From Macrostomum lignano (taxonomy: Eukaryota): DNA of 64,000 nucleotides. Each line of letters begins with the position of its first letter. Position 1 is the stretch's first letter. The position numbers were made by a program, and so were the translations under genes. The notes under the pieces were generated by a model. It had not been told where the DNA came from, made no database searches, and worked only from the letters and a program-made list of their open reading frames with translations. Below are positions 35,444 through 46,400 of the stretch, in pieces. Location: contig NIVC01000713.1 of the NCBI GenBank assembly GCA_002269645.1, positions 248,001 through 312,000 of the forward strand, written 5' to 3'.

Positions 35444-36108
35444 TGCAGTTGCAGCCTAGGCAGCACTCACGCCACTCCGTACGATACAAAAAAATTTCAT
35501 GCAGCGCGAGAAAGGTGAGGCAGGCTGAGTAAAAGCTAGGTGATATAAGCCTCACGGCGGAGGGGTGCAGTGCAGAGAGGGGGGTGGACTTGGGGTGGTT
35601 GTTTACAACCAATCAGCAAACGCCGATTGGACACTATAATTTGCGCCGCCCCCAAAGAGCACGGAATTAATTTCCAAAACAGTAGAACTAGAAAAAATTG
35701 AATAAAAAAAGGCTCCCAGTACCTGCTTCCTCAAGTTAGCCCTCCCTCCAGCTTAGCACCAACCCCCGTCAAATTTGCACTACTCCCAGCAGATAAATTT
35801 TTTGAAAATAAATTTCTACGAAAATGAGGATTTTAATTTTACACAACTTACAACGATTGTACAATTCGAATACATATTCGGGTGAATGAACATTGCGCGT
35901 ACATCACGTGCGAATCGATAATGCGCAGACACACATAGGTGACAGTCGGCATTAGCTGATTCACATATCAAAGGCGAGCCCCTGGCTGGAACTCTCACTA
36001 TTTGTTTTAATTAGAGGCAGGGGGGTCGTGTGCACCCTGGCGCACTTTAAGCGACATAGGTACGCAACCGGCGAGAGGCATTACTGCGCATTCCGCCGAC
36101 TCCCCTGA

Positions 36109-36343
36109 GCAGGCACACACTCACACAGGAGTGTACAGCGGCCCTAACTTTATTTTATCGTTAGGCATGTACACTTCACTGCGCCTTGGGGGGTTGGCTC
36201 TCAAGGCCGTTAATTGCACGAGCAGATCCAAGCCGAGATTCCAATTCAGCCCCAAATTAATGTGACTGCACTTGGAATCGAGCATGGGTCGCTGGCACAC
36301 CAGAGCAGCTGCGCTACCGCTGGGCTACCGCTGGGCTACGCCC
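36109..36343 (-). mobile_element. tRNA-derived SINE, copy 2
   Basis: Minus: GGGCGTAGCCCAGCGGTAG...GCTCGATTCC, tRNA-like head with a duplicated A-box; body matches 7392-7608. Confidence 0.75.
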
Positions 36344-37027
36344 CCCCCTGAACACTCACTATATAGAATGTCTGCTAAAAGTGACAGTGACAGTGACAGC
36401 CTTGCTAGTGAGCCAAAAAAGACAGACAATGCAACCCTTTCAAAGGATGATTGCGCTAAAACTGACTGCAAAGCAGCAGTAAAAGTGCCGCTGATGAATG
36501 ATTTTTATCGGAAGGCGGCTTAGTGAAGCTGTTCTTGAGGGTCTCACGGACGTAAAGATTGCTTTTAACAGGCTTTGCCTTGAAGCAAAACAGCCCAAAT
36601 CCAGTGTCGCTTCGATCAGTGTTGCCAGTGAAAACTGCAATCGACAATGGCACCATGCATAAAAGCGTCATTACCCTATGACAATTCACTCAGAAACTGT
36701 AAACTATAGTTTATTGTCTCTGAGTGAAAGCTGAAAGACGAGAAGACAAAAGCAAAAAATTCAAATTCAAAGCAGCTGCTGCTCAGTAGATAAATTCGCC
36801 TCAGTTGTCACAAGTCAGTAAATGGAAATCAGAAGACAGTTCAATCCGCATTGAAAGTCTATCGATGTGCTGTATAAAATACATGTACAAAAATTCGAAA
36901 GGAAGCACCGCTCTAAAAACTTTGAATTGAGTAAAAATACTCATACGAGCTACAGTCCGGTGATTGGCAAGTCCGCCTTTTTCAGAAAGACAGCTTACAG
37001 GAAATATTTGAAAAACTCACTGCGACG

Positions 37028-38013
37028 ATGATGGTTCCGTCTCCCCGACTTCTGTTGTGCGTGGCTGCCTGCTGCTTTCTGTCACTGCAGACCGTCTTTG
37101 CCGGATGCCGATCGAAGTGGAAGCAGCTCCGAGGCGACATCACAGAGTACAAGCTGATCACTGTGCTCAATTTTCCAAAGATTACCGACTGTCTGATGAA
37201 ATCGTCAGCGGCCGAGGCTCACGCAGCCTCCTTCGACGCTGAGTCGGGCGACTGCGCCCTGCTGCAGTGCGACCGGTGCGGCAGGGACGCCTGCAGGAAG
37301 TGTCGACACGAGAAGGACGCGAGTCTGCCGATGCTCTGGGTAGGTGACCCGTTTCACTACATTTTTTCCATTTAGCATGATAACTGATATAGTTATTGAG
37401 CCAAACAGTGGATTTTAATCGACGTTGCTGGTTTGTACTTCAGATCAAGGATCCACCGAAGACTTGCTGGAAGACGTTCCAGCGCAGAGTCGACGGTTCC
37501 GTCAGCTTCAACCGGAACTGGTCGGAGTACGCGAGCGGATTCGGTCAGGGCGAGAGTCTCAACTACTGGATGGGACTGGAGCAGCTGCACCAGCTCACCG
37601 CCACTGGAGTGTGGAGAGTCCGCTGGGAGTTCAGCGACTGGAATGACAACTGGTACTGGGCTGAGAATGCTCCGTTCTCTGTAGGCCCAGCGGCTGACAA
37701 ATACAGGTGCTCGATGGGTCCGCTGGACGCGAGCAGGTCGAACGTTAGACAACCGACGGGGTTAGCTTCTTCATCAATGAATGAGTCGTTTAGCACTCCT
37801 GATTCTGATAATGACAATTGGCCCTATGGGAAGTGCGCTGGACGTTCTGGCTGGTGGTACAGTTAATGCGCTTTCATGAGCCCGAATGAACTTTACCCGT
37901 ATCCTCCTTACGCGTATGATAACATGGGTATCTACTACTTTTTGTCTCACTCTGACCCCGTGTTGCGAGTGAAATGCTCCATGAAGACGTTCGAGCGCAT
38001 GATTCGGCAGTAA
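37028..38013 (+). pseudogene. Secreted PAN-like + fibrinogen-related domain (FReD) gene; exons 37028-37339 and 37444-38013; one in-frame TAA at 37864
   Basis: Signal peptide; WKTFQRRVDGSVSFNRNWSEYASGFG, YWMGLEQLHQLT, FSTPDSDND, GWWYS*CAF...MIRQ; phase-0 GT-AG intron. Confidence 0.88.
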
Positions 38014-39857
38014 ATTTTAAAATCTAAAACGGAACATAATTACATTTACATGTAATTATGTTCGATCGTCCATAGGAAAAATTCTGAGACAATAATTTTG
38101 TTTTAATAGCAACATCAGTTTTTGTCATCAAGTCAAACTAAAACCGCGTGATAATTAATTTACAAAAAATATCTTCAGCTTCATTGAGATACGAGTGTAT
38201 AGCTAACTATTCGTAATATAGCTAAATGCAAATTATCTCGCTGATTCTTTCCATTGCAAACTTCAACAATTTTCTAACTTTGGGCTCAGTTAACTGACTA
38301 GAATGACGCGCCAACTTCTCTCTCATGTAGTAGACTATGCTATTTAGTTTTAAGATTGTTTGTATGTTTCTTGTTTAAATAGCACGTCATTTATTAATTT
38401 AACAGCCAGTGGATAAATCGTTGTTGCTAGATTTGCAAGGTAAACTTTTAAGATGTTTAAATTGTTGCAATTGTATTTCTAAGCATTTAAGAACATATAC
38501 TTCAGTTCTTAAGTACTATAATATTATAAACAGTTGTACATATAATTTTGTTTCAATTATTAACTTACACTCAATATGATAGTCATATGGTTAGTTATCT
38601 CATTTTTCATCTTTAGTTTGTCACTAGGATGATTTAATTAAGTAAATTTTTGCATTAAGCCATGTAATCTGAATAATCTGAACTTCGATTAGCCTCACCT
38701 AGCATTGTGATTTGGCATTTGAGCCTTCAAATCTTGCTACTTTGGTATTTCATCTTTAAAATTTGTAAGTTTGCGAGTATCATTGTGTCAGTAATAGAGA
38801 AAGAGAATGCAGATAGCAAAATATGTGGCTGGAGTTTGTTAGAGTTATTTTTTAACAGTTTGTAACTTTCAAATTATGCTCTTACTGTTACAAAGAAATT
38901 TTTTAGAGAAAATTAGATTATTTTTCACCGGGTCGTAAGTAAAGCTTCTGAAGACTAGCTTCTAATGATTAATTTTAAGCCTATGGCCAAGCTTATAAGG
39001 TGCGTGCAGCCAATGTCAAGTGCTTGCTTGTGCAGGAGATCAAAACTCTCCCTATACAGCTGTCAGCAACAAGATAAATGATTAATATTCACAAGAAGAA
39101 TGTGGCCACCTGGGCGCAACGCCTTCGGCGACATTGTCCAGCCATCAGCGATAAGACGATTCTGCCTATTCTGCTGACTTCTGAGCACATTACAAGGGTG
39201 CCAATACTGTACGCAGGCATTTACACTGTGCCTTTGGGGTTGGCCCTCCAGTGAAGTGTGAATCCATGTGAATCCATGACGCGACAGTAAGAGGCGTTTA
39301 CCGCTAAGCAGCTTCCGCCCCGAGCAGCAGGGTGAACTGGACCTTAACAGTAGGAATACCAAGCTATGCCCCCCCCCCTGGTGCCACTTGTTGAAGGTCC
39401 AGAATGCTAGCGACCAAAGAATTCAAAGCTAATGCAGACATATGCAGTTGGCTTGCTGATGAAATTTTGAGGCTTGGCAAGGTCACACTGAGGCGCAGTA
39501 CGGATTGACGCACAGGGCTGTATTGAACATCTACGCTCGTAGACGGTCTCAAGGGCTGGCGACTGGATTCTTGTTTGAGAGAAATAAAAAGTTAGCCTGT
39601 ACCCTTGAAATTTCGTGGGCCTGCGTTACTCCGTTCAAAAACAAGTCAGGGTGAATCCCCCTTAGTTGTTCTATACTGGTAACTTTCCTTAGAGGTGACG
39701 CAAGCCCAAACTGAGCAGCTGCCTACTAACCATTTGGCCGATTCTGCTAAACTTAAATCCCAGCTTATATGCTATTCAGATATCTCTGCTAAGAGTTGTT
39801 TCTTGCTAAGACGGCTATGGCATTCGGCACCAGCTTTTTAAATTATTTTCTTGCAGC

Positions 39858-40409
39858 ATGGCCAGCAACAGCACGGGCGAACCAGAGGACTGCAGCTACA
39901 CATACGCGGCAACTCGCTGCCAATCAGCCTCGGCAGATGGGAGGGTGCTAGCTGTGCAAACAGGTGACCTTATTTGTGCCTGTAACCCGCCTTTATTTGA
40001 TAGTCCAACAATCCATGGTCGAAACGTATCAACGGGCCAGACGGGAATATTTCCCGGCGACTGTCTCATGCGATGCATCCGGGCTAACTTGCGCAGCAAC
40101 TTTGACCAGCTGCAAGCTGCTGCAGAGGTGCTGATCACTGAGATCAGAATGCAACAGCCCGGCTGCCCGTTCTACTGCGGCGACAGTTGCTACACCAGGC
40201 CAATCGATTGGTTCTATTTTGACTGCGCGGAAGATTTGGCAGTTGTTATCCGCGCCTACTCGGCCCGCGAGGAGGACGAGCACAGCCTGGCAGTGAGCCA
40301 AGTTCTGTGGATTCTCCACAGGCGTACAAGCGACCTCGGCTGGTGGCTGGGCGAGTACAACGGAAGAGCGGCTTATGTTCATTGCAGCTGCGTTATGCCA
40401 CTTGACGAG
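39858..40409 (+). CDS. Twin SH3 exon, copy 3
   Basis: Degenerate SH3 (VQTGDLI...GRNVSTGQTGIFP) and a second SH3 (VIRAYSAREEDEHSL...GWWLGEYNGRAAYV). Confidence 0.8.
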
Positions 40410-43400
40410 GTGAGAATTTTGTGCAAAGGGGGACAAATTATCGTACTTATTCGTGCTTTGTCCTCCCGCCTTAGGTGGTTCAAATTCACTGCAAGACATC
40501 AATGTTACTTCTATACTTAAGCAAAGGCTCATAAAGTTAAAAAACTCCTTAACGAAGTTAAGCTAAGGAAAAGTGTTTTCCTGGCCCTACAAAAGGAAAA
40601 GCGGTCGCTCGTCCATTTCACTATCGGTAGACGCACTATGAAATCTATAATTAGATACGCACAACAATGATAAATCTGATAATATAACACTTCAAACTTC
40701 CCCAATAAGGCTGATATTGAATTGGTATGAATGATGGGCATGTGGGAGATTGCCACAGGTCACAAAAAGGATAATTGAAGTGGGAAGTTCGATGCAGTTT
40801 AAATGCTAAGGGACGCAAAATCTCGTAGGAGCGATCACAAGTTTGAGCTTTATGATTCCCGTGCGACTAATTTAATCTCGCGATTGACAATTTCCTTGAG
40901 CGTCACCAGCAGCACCTCCTGCACCGGCTGTGTGCAGTACAACTGCTAGATGGAGTCGCCGACAGCGCAACAGATTGCTTGAGCAGACCAGTGCTTCGTT
41001 GGTGACTTTTCAATTATTTTTCAAATGTGAAGTGTAAAGGCTTATTAAGTGGCTGGGGCGATGGCACCCCGTAACCACAGCGTCCATGAATTTTGCTTAA
41101 TGATAAGTGTATTTTATGTACTTTAAACTACCAGATCCAGACGCTGCTCGCCCAGTGGGCCATGCAAGGTGATTTCGAGGCAATTCGGGCTATTGTCACA
41201 CCCGAGCTCATGCGGTTTTACGGTAAGAATGGTCAGACGGTCTTGATGCTGGCGGCGACATTCGGCGCTCTGCAGTCAAAGGCCTCGGCTGCCAAGTGCG
41301 TAGGCTATTTGATTCACAGCGGCTGCGATCCTCGAGCAAGCGAAACTTCGGGCAATACGGCCGCGCACATGGCAGCCGCTCTCGATAATTTACAACTACT
41401 GGCGCTGATACCGTTTGAAGCGAAGTGGCTACTCAATAGCCTGGGTTTCACGCCTCTCATGGTGGCTGCTCAGGCTGGCAGCTGGAGATGCGCCAAGCAT
41501 CTGCTGCATCTATTGCGCCAGAGCAGATACCGCCAACAGCGTGACAGCTGCATCCACATCAGAGCTGGCGACGGTCGCACAGCGTTGAACATCGCGAAAG
41601 ATAGCGGCAAGAATGATATCGCGCAGATGATTGAAAAGTATGTTTATAGCTTGATTAATCAACTTTACAGTGACATAAAAAAATTCTATTCGACTGCCAA
41701 CTTGCTACTATTTTAGCGAAATCGGTTTTAATTATGCCGGACCCCGCTCAATCTTCTTGGAGCACACAGTAAGACTCACATCGTTTAACTATGCAGTTTA
41801 ACAGAGTTCAGAAATACGACTTTGTTCCTTCAAAGCTCAGTCAAACTTCTATCAGCTGATTTATCATATCACTCAACTGATGTACTAAGCAACAAGTATA
41901 TGAAGGTCATCGATCGCGTAAACATTAATCTCTAATTTTGCCTGAAAATATTTGTCACCAGCTTTAAAAGCTCGCTCACAACGCAATCAGATAAGACCAA
42001 TTTATTGGCGTCGTACGGCTGCACCTACGCTCGTAGTATATACGAGCTATATTTAGTCGCTTTTTACATCAGTCGCGTGATTTGATTGCTCCGATCGATA
42101 CTACTGTGAATGGGCCTATCACAGCAACTTTTAAAATTACACTTACAGCTTGAATACACACGAAAACGGCTCGTAGAATTCGCCAAGACGAGCAAAAATG
42201 GCAATCTAAGAGACCTGTTAACGTTGTCAAACTCGGATTTGCCGGACAGAACCGGCAGAACCGCTCTGTGTATTTTCTCTGAGGGCAAAGAAAACAATAA
42301 ACATATTGCCCGATCGTTGTTGTCCAACTGCGATCCAACCTGCGCAGACGTTGGTGGCGGGACCTGCTTGCACGCGGCGATGCTAAGCGGCAACTTGGTA
42401 GCCTTGCAGAGCCTCCTTGGCGCTGGCGTAGACGTGAACGCCTGCACTGAAGACGGGACCACGCCTTTGATGCAAGCGGCCCGCCAAACCGGCTGTGACG
42501 ACGCTGTGGCTGTGAAAATGTCTCGGCTGTTGCTGCAGTCGGGCGCAGACTGGACTGCGAGAAACAGCATTGGAAACACGGCGCTGAGTATGGCAAGGGA
42601 GAGCCACAAAACTTCTCTGTCTACTCTGCTGCAGCAGTAAGCTGGCAATGTCCTTTCAATCCTAAATTTAAAATGTGTACATGTATCGTGCCAGCACTTT
42701 TATTTATATTCCTTCTATTTTTCAGGTACGAAGGCAACAATTACTTCGATGTTGTTCAGTAAGAATGTTTTTGAAATATGCCTTATTTACTACAATGGAC
42801 TGCTAGCAAATACGCTCGTATTCAATAATGTAAGTCAACAATGCTTCCCCGAGTCCCCCCTGTGTTTGATGTCCCTGTGTACGCTCCTGAGGGCCAACCC
42901 CTTGAGGCAATGAGTTGCTACTCATGTTGTACGGACCACCGACTATAAGAAATTTGTCACCCCTGTGCGTTCGATCCATGTACGTGTAGGTGTTCAGGTG
43001 TCAGCGAGCTGAGACGGGTACCTTTTTTGTCTTCTCGCTGGCTGCGGGTTGACCGTCGCCAGAAGTTGCGCAATTTCCCAAAGCCTTTGAAAATTAACTA
43101 ACAAATACAATATAGCAACACGGAATGGTTAAGTAAAGAATTCGATGAGCAAGGTGCAACATAAAATTTAATTCAAAAAACCGAAACAAAATTTTAGACC
43201 AAACGATGAGTCGCTAAAACTGAGCTTCAATGCAACAAGTACGGAGAGAAACCTTCAGTCAGCTCAGACGCCCGTTTTGCTAAGACTGGCGGCGAAAAAG
43301 CAACAGCCACCTATGAGGCAATTGAGTTCAGGTGATCCACCGCAAAGGCACATACCCTCGCGAGCGCGTCAGTTGAGAAGACCTAGTAGTGAGATTCCAA

Positions 43401-46400
43401 TCTCATTCGGTGGACCTAGCAGTGACCGGCCGTTGTATTCATCGACGAGAACCCATAAGGACAAAACTTACGTACCTTTTAACTCACAACAACAATGTGT
43501 CTTGAAAAAGCCAGATTTTTTTATCGCACCAGATGGTCAAGAGAACGAAGCGTTTTTGAATCCACAAGTGGCGTCAGACTGTGGTGCATCTTCATCTCCG
43601 CGAGTGAGCCATGAAAACGAGGCTTCCAAATTTACGAGCCTTACCGAAAACTCTCCAGAGCAATCTGGAAACGAGGTGCTTTCGAATTCTCCTGAGCGAC
43701 TCGAGATTGGGAACGAGGTGTCTTCAGAGGATCTTCCCGAGCGACCCGAGGTTGGGAACGAGGTGTCTTCGGAGGATCCTCCTGAGCGACCCGAGGTTGG
43801 GAACGAGGTGTCTTCGGAGGATCCTCCTGAGCGACCCGGGATTGGGAACGAGGTGTCTTCAGAGGATCTTCCCGAGCGACCCGAGGTTGGGAACGAGGTG
43901 TCTTCGGAGGATCCTCCTGAGCGACTCGAGATTGGGAACGAGGTGTCTTCAGAGGATCTTCCCGAGCGACCCGAGATTGGGAACGAGGTGTCTTCGGAGG
44001 ATCCTCCTGAGCGACCCGAGGTTGGGAACGAGGTGTCTTCGGAGGATCCTCCTGAGCGACCCGAGATTGGGAACGAGGTGTCTTCGGAGGATCCTCCTGA
44101 GCGACCCGAGATTGGGAACGAGGTATCTTCAGAGGATCCTCCCGAGCGACCCGAGGTTGGGAACGAGGTGTCTTCGGAGGATCCTCCTGAGCGACCCGAG
44201 ATTGGGAACGAGGTGTCTTCGGAGGATCTTCCCGAGCGACCCGAGGTTGGGAACGAGGTGTCTTCGGAGGATCCTCCTGAGCGACCCGGGATTGGGAACG
44301 AGGTGTCTTCAGAGGATCCTCCCGAGCGACCCGAGGTTGGGAACGAGGTGTCTTCGGAGGATCCTCCTGAGCGACTCGAGATTGGGAACGAGGTCTCTTC
44401 AGAGGATCCTTCTGAGCGACCTGAGAGTGGAGTGTCTTTAGGCCCATCGGAGCGTCCAGAGAGTGGAGTGTCTTTAGATTCCACTGAAATTAAGTTATCC
44501 CCTAAGCTAATGGAGAGACCTGAAAGTGGAATATCTGTGAACTTGCCTAAAACTAAGTGTGACATCTCTTCATCTCAAGAGGAAAGCCAAAAAGGTAAAG
44601 CTACTTCAAGCAAGCTACAGCGGTCAAGGAGGACACTGTCTTCAAGAAAAATTGTAGAAAACCATTCCTTAGCTGAAGAGTCATGTGTACAACAAAGCAA
44701 TGATGCAGACTATGAGTCGAATCTAAAACATCAGATTTCCGAAGACTTCATCAAGTCTCTATGCAAAGAGAATAAAGCGAGTATATCTCTAAATGACTTG
44801 AACGAAACGCCACTTATTGCGGTAGCAAAATATGGCGATCCAAACCTTCTGCTCAATCTGCTAAACCACGGAGCTTCGCTAAATGAAAAGGACACTTTCG
44901 GACGATCGCCGATTACAGTAGCTAGTTACTATGGAAAGAGTGAGATTCTTAAAGCCTTGGAGGGGCGCCGCACTCTGGTTGACGAAGTTAACACGCGGGA
45001 TAATTCGCTCAAAACTCCACTGATGCATGCCGCTGCCAACGACCATCCAGATGTAGTTGTGCTATTGCACAATATGGGAGCTGATGTGAACAAAAAGGTG
45101 AGTTATAGCTATATTTGTTTACCAAGCCCTGAATACCTGTATAGCTTCTTGAAATGATTGCTGGCATTGATTTGCTACCAGTACGGCAAGTTAAGCTGAG
45201 TCGGTCGCGGCTAGTACGCTAGCGCATTAAACTGAGCTTGAGTCTGTACCTGCTGTGAGTAGTGATAGCGCAATGATGCGTCCGAGTCTCGCGTCCCTGT
45301 AGGTGTAGCTGTAGGTGTAGTCCCTGTAGGCTCGATTCCCTGTAGGTGTAGCTGTAGGTGTAGTCCCTTCCCTATAGATTCGATTCCCTGTAGGTGCGGT
45401 CACAAAAACTTTGGGTTTACAAAAATTGGGCCTGAGAGCTTTTTGTCTGTTGTTGACCAAGATTCATCGACATTTTATTTGCACATGTCGGACGATCCTC
45501 TCAACATCTAACTGTGCCACTCTCAAGCCATTAAATCGTGGAGATCACCCTTTCACGCTCTTTAGGATCGGTGTGAGCAAACTGCGCTGACCCACGCAGC
45601 CATTCAAGGCTCCGACAGGTGCATCGAAGCTTTGATAAACCTGAAGGCGGAGGCCCACACCGTGGACTATTGCGGCAACACGCCGCTCATCTGGGCGGCC
45701 AGAGAGAATCAGAGTAGAGTTGTGGTGGCACTCGACCCGGCCTTGGACCAGCCGGCCTACTGGTCACACCGTGGGGAGTACCACATGTCAGCGTTGCAGT
45801 GGGCGGTGTACTTGGGCCATCGGGCCGTTGAGGATACCATCAAGCAGTGGTGAGAGTTGATGCGATTAACTACATGTACAACAAGTACAGCAGAAGCGGC
45901 CTTGCTTGAGCAATATACAGTTAAACACTACTTCCCAAGAGATTCGTTCACACCATCATCAAATTACGCCAAATTTTGGCAGGATGACTGCCAAATGAAG
46001 GATTATAGATGTGCAAGTGCACCTTTTTTGTCCTCGTTTTGTACGAGGACAATATTACGTTACATTATTACGTTAGTTCTGTAATTCGATGGCTAATTCG
46101 GTAGCGGTGTGAACAAGCCTCCAACGAAACGTCCGAGAAAACGTTTTTGCTTGAAGCCATTTACTTAGTGTAGAATAGCGTCAAAACTTTGGTGCGCTTG
46201 AAGTTATACAAGATAGAAGAAAATGCAATGCCTTCGCTCGAGCGTATAGCTGCGGTCTCTAGGCATATATGAAAGGCACAATAGATGGAATAAACTTTTG
46301 TTAAAACGGTATTCAGGCAATAACTATGAAAGAATTGGCATCTTCATAGCATGCTACGAGCTAGTTCTCGCAACACTGGTTTTACGAGCAAACTGTCCAT

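Larger units (their letters stand above)
30725..35631 (-). mobile_element. Ngaro-type (DIRS order) tyrosine-recombinase retrotransposon with split direct repeats
   Basis: Minus order A1 (35487-35631) - gag - RT/RH - YR - B1 (31016-31098) - A2 (30870-31013) - B2 (30725-30811); overlapping ORFs. Confidence 0.93.

Noticed and set aside
39063-39552. Two short minus-strand ORFs upstream of the SH3 exon
   Set aside because: No recognisable motif or splice support; possibly an old repeat relic.
43537-44565. Alternative-frame and antisense ORFs over the 45-bp repeat
   Set aside because: Shadows of the coding repeat; only the frame continuous with the ankyrin repeats is supported.
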